A model generated the notes under the pieces. It saw only the letters and a list, made by a program, of their open reading frames with translations. It made no database searches and was not told the origin of the DNA. From positions 1-26,550 of IMG/VR virus record IMGVR_UViG_3300030331_000654: a DNA stretch of 26,550 nt. The stretch is one strand, 5' to 3'. Source of the DNA: a virus. Its lineage: Duplodnaviria > Caudoviricetes. Shown here piece after piece: positions 24,886-26,550 of this stretch; positions within the stretch are counted from its first letter, which is position 1; each line of letters begins with the position of its first letter. The position numbers were made by a program, and so were the translations under genes.

Positions 24886-26550
24886 AAAAATTGAAGTAGG
24901 TGTAGTTGTTAAGGGAGCAGACACAGCAACACAACAAATAAACAAAGTTGACAATGCAACAAAAAGTCTAGGCACAGGAATAGAGGGTGCATCTACTGCC
25001 TTAGACAGTATGACTAATGGCGCAGTTACAGGTTTTAGAAAAGCTGCACAAGGCACAAAAGCTTTTATTAAAGGACTAAAGCTAACTAGAGGTGCTATAA
25101 TTGCTACTGGAGTTGGCGCACTTGTCGTTGCCGTTGTTGCATTAGTTACAGCGTTCACTAAAACAAACAAAGGTGCTAAAATGCTTAAAGTTGCTATGGC
25201 TGGTCTAGGCGCAGTTGTTGAGCGAGTGACGGGCTTTTTGCAAGCTGCTGGAGGGTTCATTGTAGGTCTGTTTACTGGTGGCCCACAAAAAGCACTTGAC
25301 AATTACCGTGAAGGTATGGACAAGCTTAGTGGCTCTATTGGCGAGGCCGTACGTCAAGTAATGGAACTAGAAAGACGATCACAAGCGTTAAGAACTTCGC
25401 AACGTGATTTAAATATACAATTTGCCGAAGGCAGAGCGCAAATTAAAGAGTTTAATATGATTGCCGAGGACACGACACGAGGCATCGAAGAACGTATTGA
25501 AGCGGCCGAAAAAACGATGGCTATTGAAAAAGAATTGATGGCCGAACGTCAAAGAATAGCTCAAGAAGAATTTGATATTGCAAAACAACGTGCGTCGTTA
25601 AGTGACACAAGCGAAGATGATTTAGATAACCTTGCGCAATTGGAAGTTAATCTTATAAACATAAGGACGGAATCTGCTGAAATGCAGACGACACTTAACA
25701 ACAGACTGAATACAATTCGTGCCGAAGCTGCTCGAAAAGCCAAAGCCGAAGCCGATGCAGTAAAGGCAGCTGAGAAGGAAAAGCAAGAAGCGATCTTAGA
25801 AACGCAACGTGTTATCAGGCAAGAAGAGGAAAAAAGAATCGAAGAGTTGCGTACTTATTTAATGACTGAAGAGGAAATCGAGCTTGAAGCACACGACAAA
25901 AAAGCTGCAAGATTACAAGTAGCTCAATTAGAAGCTATGATGGAAGGTCAAACTGCTACACTTGATTTAAAAAGAAAACTAGATGCTGAAAGGTTAGCAA
26001 TACAACAAAAATTTGAAGATCAACGTCAAGCTGTTATTGACGCAGCAGATGCAGAGGAACAAGCAAAGAAAGACAAACAAGACGCAATAGACAAGGCACG
26101 AGATGACAAAAAACTTGCAAGGGAACAAGCAACAGCTCAAGCAATAAGAACAGCAAGAATGGGGTTAGTGCAAGCTGGATTCCAAGCTTTAAATGCTATG
26201 GCTAAAACTGAAGAGGGGCAAAGAAAGTTAGCTGTTGCACAAGTCTTAGTTAATAAAGGTATTGCAATATCAGAAGCTGTTAAAAACGCACAACAATCTG
26301 CTGCTGCAACTGGCCCAGGCGCAGTCTTTGCTGCACCTGGATTTACTGCTACACTTGTTGGAATTGTATTGTCAGGATTTGCGTCTATAAAAGGTATAAT
26401 GAATCAAGCTGGCGCAGCAGTTGAAGGACTTGATACAGATATGCCCGACTTATCTGGTAGTAGTGGTGGTGGTGCTGGTGGTGCTGGTGGTGGTGGTGGT
26501 GGCCCCCAACTTGCGCTTACACCAGACTTGTTGCAGTCATTTAATGATGC
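24878..26550 (+). CDS. Tape measure protein (592 aa including the wrap to position 121)
   Basis: Open frame MSEKIEVGVVVKGAD...; A/G-rich hydrophobic IIATGVGALVVAVVALV segment, long E/K/A coiled coil; absent from the track because its stop lies beyond the junction. Confidence 0.8.
   Translation, partial: MSEKIEVGVVVKGADTATQQINKVDNATKSLGTGIEGASTALDSMTNGAVTGFRKAAQGTKAFIKGLKLTRGAIIATGVGALVVAVVALVTAFTKTNKGAKMLKVAMAGLGAVVERVTGFLQAAGGFIVGLFTGGPQKALDNYREGMDKLSGSIGEAVRQVMELERRSQALRTSQRDLNIQFAEGRAQIKEFNMIAEDTTRGIEERIEAAEKTMAIEKELMAERQRIAQEEFDIAKQRASLSDTSEDDLDNLAQLEVNLINIRTESAEMQTTLNNRLNTIRAEAARKAKAEADAVKAAEKEKQEAILETQRVIRQEEEKRIEELRTYLMTEEEIELEAHDKKAARLQVAQLEAMMEGQTATLDLKRKLDAERLAIQQKFEDQRQAVIDAADAEEQAKKDKQDAIDKARDDKKLAREQATAQAIRTARMGLVQAGFQALNAMAKTEEGQRKLAVAQVLVNKGIAISEAVKNAQQSAAATGPGAVFAAPGFTATLVGIVLSGFASIKGIMNQAGAAVEGLDTDMPDLSGSSGGGAGGAGGGGGGPQLALTPDLLQSFND
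26536..26550. repeat. Terminal direct repeat (copy 2)
   Basis: Identical to 1-15. Confidence 0.95.

Noticed and set aside
24802-25743. Minus ORFs 24802-25302 and 25561-25743
   Set aside because: Antisense to the tape measure ORF that the track missed.
26453-26506. GGT repeats as a contingency microsatellite
   Set aside because: In-frame trinucleotides encoding a Gly linker; length changes would not shift the frame.
1-26550. Stop-codon reassignment, CRISPR array, tRNA, DGR/reverse transcriptase, introns, IS elements
   Set aside because: The standard code gives dense intact genes using TAA, TAG and TGA stops; I saw no spaced repeat array, cloverleaf, RT or transposase motif.

Overview
This window is an apparently complete, circularly permuted genome of a small tailed dsDNA phage, probably siphovirus-like (26,535 bp unique; bases 1-15 are repeated at 26536-26550). 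The tape-measure ORF, which is missing from the ORF track, reads in frame across this junction. The host is probably Bacteroidota (Flavobacteria-like): starts are A-rich with no Shine-Dalgarno, and there are TAnnTTTG-like promoters. Modules in order: XkdF-like protease, scaffold, major capsid, probable tail tube, 813-aa multidomain portal, adaptor, fibre-like protein; lysis (amidase plus three small membrane proteins); metallophosphoesterase; a two-gene minus-strand cassette ending in a Dam-family MTase; early/replication genes (SSB-like, HTH, initiator with internal iterons, putative loader, nuclease, NinG, sigma-like factor, DnaA-C-like HTH, ParB-MTase); terS/terL; tail genes. I found no integrase, DNA polymerase, helicase, tRNA or CRISPR. 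The most notable hidden signals are a T9 -1 frameshift giving a G/GT-type chaperone pair displaced next to terL, an A10 run at a domain boundary in the portal that could give short and long portal isoforms, small Cys-containing accessory domains on the protease and portal, and a TAAACA-N13-TATWTWT motif in front of the structural operons. All product calls come from motif recognition by eye, not database searches.
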